Assembly (NCBI GenBank): GCA_000002445.1
Contig: CP000066.1
Span: forward strand, 576,001 to 640,000
Source: Trypanosoma brucei
Lineage: Eukaryota
Reading direction: 5' to 3'
Length of the DNA: 64,000 nucleotides
The notes below the pieces were generated by a model, which made no database searches, was not told where the DNA came from, and saw only the letters and a program-made list of their open reading frames with translations. Both the position numbers and the translations under genes were made by a program. Numbering within the stretch: position 1 is the stretch's first letter; each line of letters starts with the position of its first letter. Below, one piece after another: positions 41,808-53,539 of this stretch.

Positions 41808-42815
41808 ATGAAAGAAGTTAAAGGGGAAAATGAGTTTTTAAGCTGCAATGTGGAACTGTCAGAAGGTGTTGAAGATATTGCTGATGCCTTAAAACTTTGG
41901 GAGGATCAATTATATGCAGTAGAGCCACTTCTTGCAATATCGCTCAAGCTTCAACACCTCCAAGACACCACTCGCGGCATTGTTGCATCACTTGCCACTT
42001 CCAAAAAGAAATTACTGCAATCCACAAGATGCCACAAATATAAGCGTCAATATTTACTAAAAATGGAAGACACACCAAAGAAAGAAACAGCGTTATCGGA
42101 TTTTTCTTCACCCGATCCAATTGATGAATATGTGCGGCTGCATAAATGCAAGAGGGCGAGGGATGTAAATGTAAATGTAAATGCAAATGCAAATACGGAT
42201 GCGGGTGATGTTTCGTTGAGTGTTACCGCTGAGGAACATCAGACATGTGTGGAGGCGCTTCTTCGATGGGTTGATGAATCCATGCCATCGGTTGCGGAAC
42301 CTCATCTCACAGCCTCACGGAAGAAATTAGTCGCTCTCCTCACAAAAGGGGAATCACATGGAAAAGCAAAACCAACTAAAGAAACGCTCAGTAATGCTGA
42401 TGCATTTTGTAGTAAGCATTGGGCATATTATGCGGAGCAGCTGCATGCCGCACACAATGATGAATATGCGGCACTTAGGCGGGTGTGTGCTACGGATATC
42501 GGTGAGAGAATTCGCTCTCAAATGAAGTGGGAACAGTCACAAAGCAATTCAGTTCATGTCGTCACGCCTGCTGCTTCTGCTGGTGGTCTTCAGAGAAGTT
42601 TCACGCAGTTGTTAGGCGCAAAGGATGCATTGGCGGATTGTCAAAAAGCTGTTACGGTTTTATTATCGCTTCTGGGTGGCGCACTTGATGAATACGATGA
42701 ACAAACGCACAACGTCATCAAACGCGAAGAGGCATTTTGGAACAACGTACGAATTGCTGAATGTGAAAGTGAAGCGTTACGTTCCTTGTCTCTTCGTGTC
42801 AAAAAGCATTGTTGA
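41808..42815 (+). CDS. Hypothetical protein, 335 aa
   Basis: ORF after a long pyrimidine tract. Contains an in-frame hexanucleotide repeat (GTAAAT)3(GCAAAT)2 at 42165-42194 encoding VNVNVNANAN. Confidence 0.55.
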   Translation: MKEVKGENEFLSCNVELSEGVEDIADALKLWEDQLYAVEPLLAISLKLQHLQDTTRGIVASLATSKKKLLQSTRCHKYKRQYLLKMEDTPKKETALSDFSSPDPIDEYVRLHKCKRARDVNVNVNANANTDAGDVSLSVTAEEHQTCVEALLRWVDESMPSVAEPHLTASRKKLVALLTKGESHGKAKPTKETLSNADAFCSKHWAYYAEQLHAAHNDEYAALRRVCATDIGERIRSQMKWEQSQSNSVHVVTPAASAGGLQRSFTQLLGAKDALADCQKAVTVLLSLLGGALDEYDEQTHNVIKREEAFWNNVRIAECESEALRSLSLRVKKHC

Positions 42816-43536
42816 CTGCATCGTCTGTCATAAGTGCTTTTTCCCCCTTGTTTTAAAAAAAAAAAAAACGAGCATTGTCTCTACCTTGTATTACGTATGA
42901 TGCCTTTTTTTCCACTTCGTTTTTGTTGGTGTTTACCTTTTTTTCTTCCGTTATTTTTACCATTTTCCCTGTATTTTCTCTCTGTCTCTGTATCTGTTGT
43001 TGCTGTTTTGTTTTCGTTTTCGTTTTTGTTCTTTGCTTGGCTCCTTTTCATGATTGTGAAGACGAGACCTCCGACACGAGGTATCGAAGGTTATGACGAT
43101 TGTGCTGTTTAATTCTATGAATCCACATTACGTTGGAATTAATAAAACGGAACTTTCGCCTGGCGGTGGAGGGCGATGTGGACGCGTTTCTGCATCCTCC
43201 CGGGGGGGATCATATATTTTCAGTGACAAAAATGTCGACCCCTTGAAGGTGCTAAAAACTTCCTTTTTTATTTTTCTCTCTATTTTTTTTCTATTTGTTA
43301 TTTTTGTTATTGTTATTGTTGTTGTTGTTTTAGTCCTATAATTGGCGCGTGTTTCGCCTCATTTCATCATTCACACCATATCCTTTGTTGTTTTCATCTT
43401 TTCCCCCACACGTACTTTACATTTCTTTCCTCTTTTTTTTTTTTATTTTATTATTTTTTTCACCCTCTGCATGTGTATGGTTTGCATTGCGTGTGGGAAA
43501 AAAAATAATAAAATAAACTAAAATAAACAACAAAAG

Positions 43537-45351
43537 ATGGGTAAAACTAACACAAAAAAGCAGGAGGCTCGTGTTGCCCGCCTGCGTAGCCTTCCAAAGT
43601 CGGAGAGGCTCGTAAAGATTGCACGAATTAAAAAGCGTGAGGGAAGGATTCTCGACTCAGCAGAGAAACATGCCTTAAAGATGTCTTCCGAGTATGGTGA
43701 AATCATACGGCTTTGGGAGGTTCTCCGCACATCTGAGGGACAATCTAAAGAAGAGGAAGAGAAGGAAAAACAAAAAAAGAAAGGAAAGAACAAAAAAGGG
43801 GAGGATTCCACCGATGATGTGAAGCAGCAGAAACTCAGTCGATACAAACACAAATACCCAACAGTTGACAAACTGCTAAAAAAGATTGAGCCAAAATTCG
43901 ACACATATGTGAGGACGCCTCGTACAAGTCGTGTCATTCAGTCCATGATAAAGTACGGCTCAACTGAGCAGCTTGGGAAAATTGTTGGACTAATTTCTAG
44001 TGGATATGCGAACTACGCAACTGATGCGTATGGTCATTTTGTCGTCGTCGCATTACTTCGTCATGCACCGCATGATTTGTTTGATAAAATCCTGTCACTC
44101 ACCATTCCCGCCGTCCCCACGCTGATTTCGCATCGCTTCGGCATTGAGGTGATCCACAGCGCGTATAGCAGTAACCTTTGTACGGCTACGAACCGAAACC
44201 TTCTAATTTTAGCCGTGTTCAAGGACAACATTGCGCTCATGAAGCGGTGGAAAGGTTATCCCATTTTGGAGGATGTGTTAGCGCAAGAGGTGGAGCAGCG
44301 CAAGAGACTTCTTCCTAAACTCTTTGAATTGTGTGAAAAACTTGTGTCGCAAAAAAGTGCTGTGGATTTCCCATTTGTCCAGCGCTTAGCCGCTGCCTTT
44401 ATTCGAAACGGAACAAAACATGAAGTATCTGAGCTGTGTGACACACTTCGACCACATTTGGCGGTGCTGTGCACAATTCGCGAGGGAGCACCTCTTGCAT
44501 CACTTGCCTTTTCACTTACGGAGCCTAAAAAGCGAAAGGTTATTTTACGCGCCTTCTCTGAAAACCTTGGTGTACTCGTGGTGAGCAAATACAGTGCTCC
44601 CGTCATTGCGCGTCTATTTGATATTGTGTATGATGTGCAACTTCTCTGCAAATATGTGGTGAATGATGTGGTCTCGCATATTACACAACTTATCAACAGT
44701 CCCTTTGGACATCAAATTTTGTTACACCTTTTAACACCACATGACGAACGCAAAACTAAATTCCTCCTTCCCAACTGGTTCCAACATAACCTTTACTCCG
44801 TGGAGAATACGCGGTGGAATTGCCACACATGGCTCACACATGAGTACAAGGAAGAGGAAGTTGAGCTGTGTAGCAAAGACGCTGAGCAAACGCATTTGGC
44901 TGTGTTGCCAACTTTAATTAAAAAGTTCTTGGAAGTTCTGAGCAACTCCGAAGTGGCTTCAAAACTTAATAAACATTACGTGGGTCTCATTGCAAGGGAG
45001 GTGCTGCATGTTCATGAAAAGGAGCCAGCTTACCGGAAGGCACTGAAGCTTTCAGCGAATGATGTTCAAGTGCTGGAACGCTTATCGCTTTCACGTGGAA
45101 AGAAGGAACCACGACATGAAGAAGGCGGAAATTCTGTGGGGAAAATCACATCAGAGGTACAAAACAAAACGAAAGGGCGGAGGTTGGAACGGCCGCAAAT
45201 GCAAAAACCCGCCGAGACTCCCCGAGTTGTTAAAAAGATGATGAAAAGTAGCGGTGTTGAGAGATCTCGCAAGGAAGGAACTAAAGTGGAAACTGTGAGC
45301 CATGCGGTGAGTACACTCAAGAAGAAAAAGAAGGTTCTCCCCAAGAAATAA
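43537..45351 (+). CDS. Pumilio/PUF-family RNA-binding protein (Puf-A/Puf6 nucleolar type)
   Basis: Repeated PUF-type helical units (QSMIKYGSTEQLGKIV...ATDAYGHFVVVALLRHAPHDLFDKIL and others). Lys-rich basic N- and C-termini are typical of nucleolar PUF-A proteins. Confidence 0.7.
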   Translation: MGKTNTKKQEARVARLRSLPKSERLVKIARIKKREGRILDSAEKHALKMSSEYGEIIRLWEVLRTSEGQSKEEEEKEKQKKKGKNKKGEDSTDDVKQQKLSRYKHKYPTVDKLLKKIEPKFDTYVRTPRTSRVIQSMIKYGSTEQLGKIVGLISSGYANYATDAYGHFVVVALLRHAPHDLFDKILSLTIPAVPTLISHRFGIEVIHSAYSSNLCTATNRNLLILAVFKDNIALMKRWKGYPILEDVLAQEVEQRKRLLPKLFELCEKLVSQKSAVDFPFVQRLAAAFIRNGTKHEVSELCDTLRPHLAVLCTIREGAPLASLAFSLTEPKKRKVILRAFSENLGVLVVSKYSAPVIARLFDIVYDVQLLCKYVVNDVVSHITQLINSPFGHQILLHLLTPHDERKTKFLLPNWFQHNLYSVENTRWNCHTWLTHEYKEEEVELCSKDAEQTHLAVLPTLIKKFLEVLSNSEVASKLNKHYVGLIAREVLHVHEKEPAYRKALKLSANDVQVLERLSLSRGKKEPRHEEGGNSVGKITSEVQNKTKGRRLERPQMQKPAETPRVVKKMMKSSGVERSRKEGTKVETVSHAVSTLKKKKKVLPKK

Positions 45352-45864
45352 CGAACTGTTTTTTTTTCCTGCTTTGTTTACGCGGGCGAAGAATAAATGT
45401 CACAATGGTGTGAAATGGGGCGGGGGAGGGGAACAGAAGCCCTTCGTTCTTTCCCTTCCTTTTCAAGTTAGCAGTTGGATTACTTCAGAAGGCACAAAAC
45501 AAAAAAAAAAAGAAAAACACATAGCAGGGCAAAAAAAAAAATTTTAAAAAGGAGGAGGACGAGGAGGAGGGAGGAAAGAGGACAAAGTTACGCAGCACAA
45601 ATGCAACGTATGCGGTTCCGCTATTTAGAGGAGAGAAAAGTTAAATTGATGTTAGTGTTAGTGCGCCACGCGTCGTCATGCGCACCAAAACATAATTCTT
45701 CGTTTCAGGTGTATGCGTTCGAACTCACCATTACCTCCTCCCTTCCTCCCCCCGCCCCACGCAACCGACCCGAATGACTCTCTTAATTCGTTATTCGCAC
45801 CGTTAAAATCATTTTTTTTTTGTTTTCACAATGTGCAACGCATCCATTCCTTTTCACCCACCCA

Positions 45865-46098
45865 CCCCCCCCCCCCATTCCCTATCACTTAACATAAGTT
45901 TCGAATAAAAATAATAATAATAATAATAACAAAATAAAATAAAAATAAAGTGAACGAAAAGTTGCGGTTTGATGTGTGTCCCAACCCATTCTCTTGAATG
46001 TGCAATATTTTCCCCTCCTCTCTTCTCGTATCTCTTCTTTTAATGTTTACTCCCGCATTGTTTGTTTATGTGTGTTTGATTGAGTGGGGGGGGGGGGG
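45865..46098. repeat. Paired homopolymers: C12 (45865-45876) and G14 (46085-46098) about 210 bp apart on the same strand
   Basis: Read directly from the sequence in the spacer downstream of the PUF gene. Confidence 0.95.
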
Positions 46099-46434
46099 GC
46101 CCACAGTGAAGGAAACACGGAGGAAAAACCTTTAGAAACCAAACAAACAAATAAATAATAACACCAACATCAGGGGAAATAATACCGGAGCGAAGAAGTA
46201 CTGAATTCAAAGTGATATATAGAATAGAAAGAAAAATCAATCAAAAAAAAGGAGTATTAAACACGAATAGAAGGTACGCAACGAGTAGTCTCCTCATATC
46301 TGATTGCATACCCACACTCTGTTATTATCACTCCCTTCTATTTTATTTTTTATTTTGTTGTTGTTAGAAGAAAGAAAAAAAAACTGAGAAACGAAAAAAA
46401 AAAGGTTGTGGTGGTGGTACTGTTGAAGAAATAA

Positions 46435-46815
46435 ATGCCACCAAAGAAGAGCAGCAATGCCAAAGCCGGCAAATCCGAAGCTGTCAGCGAAGTGAGCAAA
46501 ATTAATATGGATTATGTGCAATATGAACTTCCATCACCTGATATGGCTGTTGTGGAAAAATATATTGAAACGGCCAAAGCAAAAGCTCGCGCCTCATCTG
46601 CGCAACGAAGGCGGGAAGGCCGAAAGAGTTGTTGGAGGGCGGCGTCACCAAACATGTCACTTTGCAAAAAAATTCGTGGAGTGTTTTGTCCAAATATCTT
46701 TCAAACTCTGAAAGGACCTGTGAGGGATTTTGTGTTGGGATTTGTCGTTACTTTCTTCGTCATGTATGTATTTTTTGTGGCGTTGTATTTCGAAAAGGCG
46801 CCTTCCAAGCGATAG
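46435..46815 (+). CDS. Hypothetical tail-anchored small protein, 126 aa
   Basis: Basic N-terminus and a single C-terminal TM helix (FVLGFVVTFFVMYVFFVALYF). Isolated between 1-kb spacers. Confidence 0.4.
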   Translation: MPPKKSSNAKAGKSEAVSEVSKINMDYVQYELPSPDMAVVEKYIETAKAKARASSAQRRREGRKSCWRAASPNMSLCKKIRGVFCPNIFQTLKGPVRDFVLGFVVTFFVMYVFFVALYFEKAPSKR

Positions 46816-47856
46816 GCGGTAAAATAGATCTCAAAAACAAAAGAAAGAAAGAAAAAAAGAGGGACTGAAGAAATGAAGATGAAGATGAGAGAAATGAGTG
46901 AAGAAGTTACGAGGGGAGGGAGAGAAAGAAAAAGAAAAAGGGAGGGAAGGAGGGAAAGAAATAATTTCAAAATAAAACAAAAAAAAAGGGAAGTGACCAC
47001 AAATAGACGGCAACGCAAACGTTTTACGGTGTCGTATAATTTGGTAACCATCTTTAATGAAAAGTGTCTTCATTAGGCGAGGGACACCGTTCGTTTTTTG
47101 TTTTCTTTATATATACATATATATATATATTTATTTATTTATTTATTTATATTTATATATCCTCTCTCTCTCTCTGTGTGTTCCTCTTCCTTTCCCTATC
47201 CCTTTCTCTCTAATTCGCTAAATCTTCATTTATCTTCTTTCCATCCCCTCCCTTTCCACATCCTTTGATTTGTTTTGGAGGATTTTCGCACATCTTGTCG
47301 AGTTTCTACCGATTATTGTGGTGGTGAATTCTCGAATGCATCAAATGGTACAAATATTTCTTTCTGTTGCTTTTGTGTTCTCCCCTCTTTTTTTCTTTTA
47401 GGCGTTGTTATTACCGCTACGGTTGGTATTTTTGTACTTTCTTCGCATTCTTTTGGCATGTGTTGTCTTTGTATTTATTTAAATCTTGTTCTTGTTGTCG
47501 TTTTGCCTTCATACTCTTACAGTTCTAAACAGAAACAAACAAAAAAAATACCTTTACATCACTTTCCTTTACTTCCCTTTTACTTCATTTCTTTCTTTCG
47601 GCTTTCCTCTACCCATCTGCTGTTTGATTTATTTATTTATTGGTGCTTATGCGTCACGTAAATGTGCACATGAATAAATAAATAAATGAATGAATTGTTC
47701 TTTGCTTTATTAGTTCAAGGGAGAAAAAATAAATAAATAATAAATAGTAGTAACAGCATCACCAACAGTAGCGGCATAACAAAGAAAATTTCAAAAAAAA
47801 AGAAATAGAGGTGTGAGTTTATTTGCATCATTTATAAATATTAATATCAAATATAA

Positions 47857-48054
47857 ATGCCTGAGACGCCACAGCGAAATGGATTCAAGCGTCCAAGTCT
47901 TGCAGCTAAATTATTCGGTGATGCGGATGTCGTTTATTCGAGAGAAACAACATCTCGACTAACGGATTTTGCGGGAACATTTTTAGTCGGATTTTTCGCG
48001 GTTTACTTCACAATTGCGGGATATTTACTTTATCGTGAGGCAGCGCTCTCGTAA
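47857..48054 (+). CDS. Hypothetical tail-anchored micro-protein, 65 aa
   Basis: Single C-terminal TM (FLVGFFAVYFTIAGYLLY). GC3-rich codons contrast with the AT-rich surroundings. The call is marginal. Confidence 0.3.
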   Translation: MPETPQRNGFKRPSLAAKLFGDADVVYSRETTSRLTDFAGTFLVGFFAVYFTIAGYLLYREAALS

Positions 48055-49139
48055 AAAATAAAAAATAATATAATAATAATAAATAAATAAATAAATAAAG
48101 GAGAAGAAGAGAAAAATAAAATAAAATAAAACGTGTCATGGCGATGTTGTTGGATATTATTATTATTACTATTTATTCCAACAATGAAGATGCACCCATA
48201 ACGATCAGTTGAAGGGAAGGAAAGTGTGAAAAATCAATCATTACACTACCTATTTAGACATAGGTTTGGAGGGGAGAGATCTTTTTTTAAAAAAAACAAA
48301 AAAAAAATCTCCCCGGGTCCCTTTTGTGTTCTTCCTTTTATACGTGCGGTGTGTTGCGCTGAGAACTCACTGAGAAGTGCGTGACTGCGTATTTAAAAAT
48401 AAAAATAAAAAAAACACCGTCACCTTCCCTCGGTATTTAGTTAATCATTATATTGCCATACCTGTTTTTATTTTATTTTATTTACTTACTCACTTTGATC
48501 ACAATGTAAGTTCTCGGGCCGGTGCCGTTTTTTTTTTGCAATTTTTGGTGTTATGATCTTCCATTCGTCCCTCTTTTTTATCTCCTTTTTTTTTCCTTTT
48601 TTTTTCCACTGCTTTCTCCGCCTACACACTTTTAAAAATGAAATAAAAATTGTGCAGCATTTTCGCGCAGAAAGTCAATGTGCTCCCTTTATAAAAGCTA
48701 AGAGAATGGGGGAGTGTTGCGTACGCTCATGCGTTTTTGTGAGGGTTAATGAGTTTTCATCCTTTCAAAACAAAAACACAAAAGGGAGAAAATAACAGGG
48801 ACAAAGGGGGGGAAAAAAGTAGCAATGTTTTGTTTATTGATAATCCGCTAATTTATCTTAACTGCGTTACGGAATATATGATATATATTTGTGTGTGTAC
48901 GCGTGCATGTGAAATATCCAACACTCATTGCGTCATTTTGAAATTTATACCTTCTTTCTTTTTTGTTTTCCTTAAAATAATTCCGCTCCGCTTGGTTATT
49001 GCTCTGAAAGCTCAAGCGGCGCAGCGGGGGGGCGACTTTCCGTTGTTGTTGCTGTTATTATTATTATTATTATTGCTATTGTTGTGTGTTGTTCTTTTTT
49101 TTTAAAAATAAATAAATAAATAAAAGGAAACAGCATTGT

Positions 49140-49898
49140 ATGCTCCGGTGTATACAATGTAATGCGGCGGTCTACCGAATTGTTCAGCCGGAAAACGAGG
49201 TGGTTGAGAAGTGTGGGACATGCGGTAGGCGGTGTGATAGGTATTATGAATTCTCTAACTGTCAAAAGTGGATAAGCATCACGTTGCTTGAGAAACCTGC
49301 ATGGATTCATGTGTTATTTAACAAAAAAGATATCCGCGCGACATTATTTTGCACAGCCCTCCTGTCACGACTTATTGAAGCGTACGTCGTGCGAACGAGT
49401 TTGGTGTATGGCGCCTTACGCATGCTTCGGTCTAAGGGACCGGTTTCTAACGTAAGTTCGGTTGCGACACTTCAGCTTTTCCGGAATGTGAATCCCAAAA
49501 TAGAACCGCTGATGGCGTATCAGGACACTTTGCCCAATATATTTATTTGTGCTTGTGGAGAATATTTGCTTTGCCTTTTGGTCACTGTTATATTTGCGCT
49601 TCATTCGTGGCGTCGTGGTGGCTCGGCTTTATGGGATGTTGTACTCACATGGATGACATGTGTTAATCTTGCCTATTCAGCGAAGTTGTGTTTCGTAGTG
49701 TTCCTTATTTGGCGCATTCCCATCGCATTAGTATCCCTGGTGGATCTTATCAGTCTCCTTTGGGCTGCTCGCGGTTTCAGTCTTGTGGAAAATAGATATC
49801 CACCATTATTTACATCTGTTGTTGTGCTGATTTGTACGGCAGCCACACGATATCTCTTCCGTAGTGTTACGCAGTGGAGTCCACAACTTCTGGTGTGA
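49140..49898 (+). CDS. ARV1: ARV1-family protein (sterol/lipid homeostasis)
   Basis: N-terminal zinc-ribbon Arv1 homology domain CIQCNAAVYRIV...CGTCGRRCDRYYEF...IHVLF, followed by multiple TM segments. Confidence 0.65.
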   Translation: MLRCIQCNAAVYRIVQPENEVVEKCGTCGRRCDRYYEFSNCQKWISITLLEKPAWIHVLFNKKDIRATLFCTALLSRLIEAYVVRTSLVYGALRMLRSKGPVSNVSSVATLQLFRNVNPKIEPLMAYQDTLPNIFICACGEYLLCLLVTVIFALHSWRRGGSALWDVVLTWMTCVNLAYSAKLCFVVFLIWRIPIALVSLVDLISLLWAARGFSLVENRYPPLFTSVVVLICTAATRYLFRSVTQWSPQLLV

Positions 49899-50647
49899 TC
49901 GAAATGAATGTGAATGTCTCTTTTTCCCATTGTTCTCGCCCTTTTGTAATCATATTTATATATTTTTTCTTGTTTTTTTTTGTATTCTTCCGTCCTCGGT
50001 CCGGTCGGTTACCACTGTAAATGTAACCTACAACTTTCCTTTCCTTTCCTTTCTGCTTTGGTTTGGTTTGGTTTGGCTTGGTTGCACCGAAAGCACTTTT
50101 CTACTTCTCCATCGCCGCAATAATTGTTTTTTGTGGTGTTTCCCGTTCATTCGGTATCAGCATCAGATGGGAACTTTGTCGCTGCTTCTTTTCTTTGTTG
50201 TGTACCTTCCTCTTCTCCACTATTAATTGCGGTGCCCTCTGATTTATTTGCTTCGTCGTGTATATGCTGATGTATGTATATATATATATATAGAAATATA
50301 TAAATATACATGTGTGTATATGTATATATTGGCCCTTTTTGTTTCAATTTATTTCTTCGTCGTCTTTTCATGTTTCGTTATTGTGCAAGTAGAAACACCC
50401 ACAGGTGTCTGACACTTAGGCATAACAGTGTAAAAAGGTGGGGATTAGTTACGGGTGGAAGAAGAGGAGGAAGTTGAGGAAAAGATAGCAACGAAACAAA
50501 AGCTAAAGCTAAAGCAAAAAAAAAAAAGAAGAGAAAACGATAGAAGGGAGAGTAAAAAAACGGAAAAAAAACGGGAAAAAGTTAAGAGAACAATCATAGG
50601 GCAATAAAATAAGGCCAGATTTTCGCACAGGTGATAAACAGGAAACA

Positions 50648-53539
50648 ATGGATGCGAAACTTGTGTTCTGTGCGCACTCGCTCAAGTTACCAACGCTGAG
50701 CATTCCCCCAGCTCTGTCAGTAGATAATGAAACCATCAACTTCAGATGTCCGGAACCTCTTGCAGAAGCTGGTTTCCCCGTTCCAAACGCATCATTTACT
50801 GCTGACGTGATGATGGAGCAACCGCAATCCCGCTCCATTTACCAGCGGGTGTTCGCAACAGCTGCACGGGATTTCGAAGGGCGTAAAAATCTGGTAGTTT
50901 TCAGCTACGGCGTGCGTTCCACACCGAAACGGCAGCTTATGTTTGGTTCGGAATCGGGTAGCGGTTATGCTGCGAAGATCATTGGCGATGTTGTGGATGT
51001 TGGTGCCACCAAAGGCATCTTCGCCATCTCTGCGTATGGTGTTGGTTCCTCAGAGCATCTCACCGACTTCACTGATGAGAATAACGAAATGGGAGTAATT
51101 GTAGAATCGGTGAAGGAGGGCCCGCGTGTGCGTATGGTTGGGCGTGTTCGTGTAACGTCATCGGAGGATGTGCGTTCCGTTTTTAACACAGTTACGAAGA
51201 ACTATCAAAAACATTTCGAGTCAGTACTCCGCGAGAGGCAACCAACAGCTGAGCTTGAAGCCCTTCCGCCATATATGCCTGAGTCAATGATTCTTCAGCT
51301 CTACCGTTATGATGATGAGGAAGCATTCAGCGAGTATGTGGAAGCGAACTCCATGACGTTTGTTGCACTGGGAGACTCGGAACGGCCTGTTCTTTGTGGA
51401 ATTGAAGAAGAAACTCAGCAGGAGTATGAAAAGACACAGAAAGTCCTTGCGTCAGCAGTAGGAATTATCTCCAGTATTCGCTGTAATCGTCTGCGCATTC
51501 CATTCGGCAAGTCGAAATTAAGTCAGCTCCTTCGCCGTGCATACAATGCCGAGAAGGGCAACCCCAACAACGGCTACAATGAGCCAACATCAACCGTTTT
51601 TATTATTCATGCCTTTACAGACGCTGTTTGGGCAGAGGAGTCATACCACTGCCTTTTACTCTCGCGACGAGTTAGCAGCGTTGTTGGCACGAGCAGCATC
51701 GGTTCCATTACGCGCGACCTCAGTGTCGATAAGTGGCGTTTGGATCAAGATATTATGGAGTTGCGTGATGAGCTTCAAATTGCGCGCACAGTGTATGACT
51801 ACAGGCCCTGTATATATGACCAACCGAAGCCAGTTCAGAATATCAGAGAGGAGGAACAGAAACGCATTAGCGCCATTGTTTCAAAACGGGAGGAAGCCCG
51901 TGAAAGGCAGCTGAGTTTGGTCCGCGAGCAAGCCAAGCAGGATGCTGATAAAATCATTAAGGATCTCGAAGCTCGGACGGGGACGACGCTCTCGGCGCTG
52001 GAGGCCTCCCTCGAGGCGAAAATGAAGGAAAACTCGGCGCTTCATGCGGACAGGGAAAAACGAATTCATGAATATGAGCAAACCTTAGAAAAGATTCGCA
52101 AAAAGAAGCAGGAGGAGGAATCCGCGTGCGAGAAGCTACGTGAAGAGATGCTCCAGCTTGAACAGGAACTTAGTGTTCGGCAAAACGCAATTGAGAGCAA
52201 GCAGAAGAATTTGGAAATGATAAAGCTGGATAAGTCAAAGGGCCGTGACGCGGTTATGCGTGAGCGACAGTCCATACAAGCGATGCGCAAAACGGTGCTA
52301 GAGGAGAGGCGGCGTCAGCGCAAACAGTGGATTAACCAAATAAAAGAAATCAACGCTAAGGTTATTGATCAGGTCCGGATGCTGGCCGAGGAACGGAAGA
52401 AAAACGGTGAGCAGCCCACAGCAAATGAAGAGGCTGCTGAAAAGGCAATCATCGCGGATGTGCGAACTATCGAGGAATACTTGCCAAAACTCATTTCACT
52501 TGAGGACGTTCCCGTGAATTTGGAGGAGACGGAAGCCATTCGCCGACAATTTGCGGATGTGTTTGCGGAAGAGAAAAAGACATATCTTGCGCGGATCGAA
52601 GAGGAGAAGGCGCGGAGAGAAAAGCTGGAGCGTGGCCTCGAAGTATATCGTCAGCGCCTACTCGACACATATCAAGCTAAGAAAAAGGAGAAGGTGCATG
52701 ACGCCATAACAAAAGAGCAACACCTCAGCTCATTGGTGGATCAAGTCATTACGTACTTGCGCAACGGTGTCCGAATGAGCAAAATTTCAAGCAAAGGAAA
52801 TATTCGCCGGCGGTTCTACTTCCTCTCCGAAGATTACAAACGCATTCACTCCTGTGAGATTGATAACCAAGGCGCGCCAATCAGCCGGAAGAAACCACCC
52901 GTCACCATATGGCTGAAAGATATAAAGAAAGTGGTTATTGGCGTATACACATCTTCATTTACAAACTTTAGCAGTGAGGCTCAGTTGGCGAAGACGCGTC
53001 AGGAGGCCGTTTCTGACAGCGGAACTTACCGTCAAGACCCAACGCAAAACATCACCTCAGCCAACCTTGGTTTGCATAATTACAGATCCTTTGCACTTCT
53101 GCTTCGTGGAGGTAAATCTCTGGAAGTTGTTTGCGAAACGGACAGCGACTGCGAGGCTTGGCTTGTTGCGCTCAAGCGACTCCTTCAAATAAAATCTCCT
53201 ATTGAGCGAATTCTTGAGGAAAGGATGAACGGCAATACGACGAAAGAATCACCAAGTAACACACATGAAGGTGCTGTTGATATAAAATGGGGTGGTTCAC
53301 TTGATATACACAACATGCGCGGGTTTGTTTCCCTGTCGTCTGAAGAAGCCACGCTGTGTAGTGAAAACCACATCCCGCCCGCTTTGTTCCTTCGGATGAA
53401 GCAAGAAATGGCAGAAAAGGCGGAAAGGAATACCATCACGATTTATGATGTCCGTGTTTCTTCCGGTCTTGACTTATTCCGCTCAGGGAAGCTTTATGAT
53501 TTCTTATGCGAAAAGAGAGTCATACCGCTCCCGTACTGA
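50648..53539 (+). CDS. Large coiled-coil protein with C-terminal PH-like domain, 963 aa
   Basis: Extended heptad-rich Lys/Glu/Arg/Gln region (about 51850-52700). C-terminal RRRFYFLSEDYKRIHSCEI...ALLLRGGKSLEVVCETDSDCEAWLVALKRL fits a PH-domain pattern. Confidence 0.65.
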   Translation: MDAKLVFCAHSLKLPTLSIPPALSVDNETINFRCPEPLAEAGFPVPNASFTADVMMEQPQSRSIYQRVFATAARDFEGRKNLVVFSYGVRSTPKRQLMFGSESGSGYAAKIIGDVVDVGATKGIFAISAYGVGSSEHLTDFTDENNEMGVIVESVKEGPRVRMVGRVRVTSSEDVRSVFNTVTKNYQKHFESVLRERQPTAELEALPPYMPESMILQLYRYDDEEAFSEYVEANSMTFVALGDSERPVLCGIEEETQQEYEKTQKVLASAVGIISSIRCNRLRIPFGKSKLSQLLRRAYNAEKGNPNNGYNEPTSTVFIIHAFTDAVWAEESYHCLLLSRRVSSVVGTSSIGSITRDLSVDKWRLDQDIMELRDELQIARTVYDYRPCIYDQPKPVQNIREEEQKRISAIVSKREEARERQLSLVREQAKQDADKIIKDLEARTGTTLSALEASLEAKMKENSALHADREKRIHEYEQTLEKIRKKKQEEESACEKLREEMLQLEQELSVRQNAIESKQKNLEMIKLDKSKGRDAVMRERQSIQAMRKTVLEERRRQRKQWINQIKEINAKVIDQVRMLAEERKKNGEQPTANEEAAEKAIIADVRTIEEYLPKLISLEDVPVNLEETEAIRRQFADVFAEEKKTYLARIEEEKARREKLERGLEVYRQRLLDTYQAKKKEKVHDAITKEQHLSSLVDQVITYLRNGVRMSKISSKGNIRRRFYFLSEDYKRIHSCEIDNQGAPISRKKPPVTIWLKDIKKVVIGVYTSSFTNFSSEAQLAKTRQEAVSDSGTYRQDPTQNITSANLGLHNYRSFALLLRGGKSLEVVCETDSDCEAWLVALKRLLQIKSPIERILEERMNGNTTKESPSNTHEGAVDIKWGGSLDIHNMRGFVSLSSEEATLCSENHIPPALFLRMKQEMAEKAERNTITIYDVRVSSGLDLFRSGKLYDFLCEKRVIPLPY

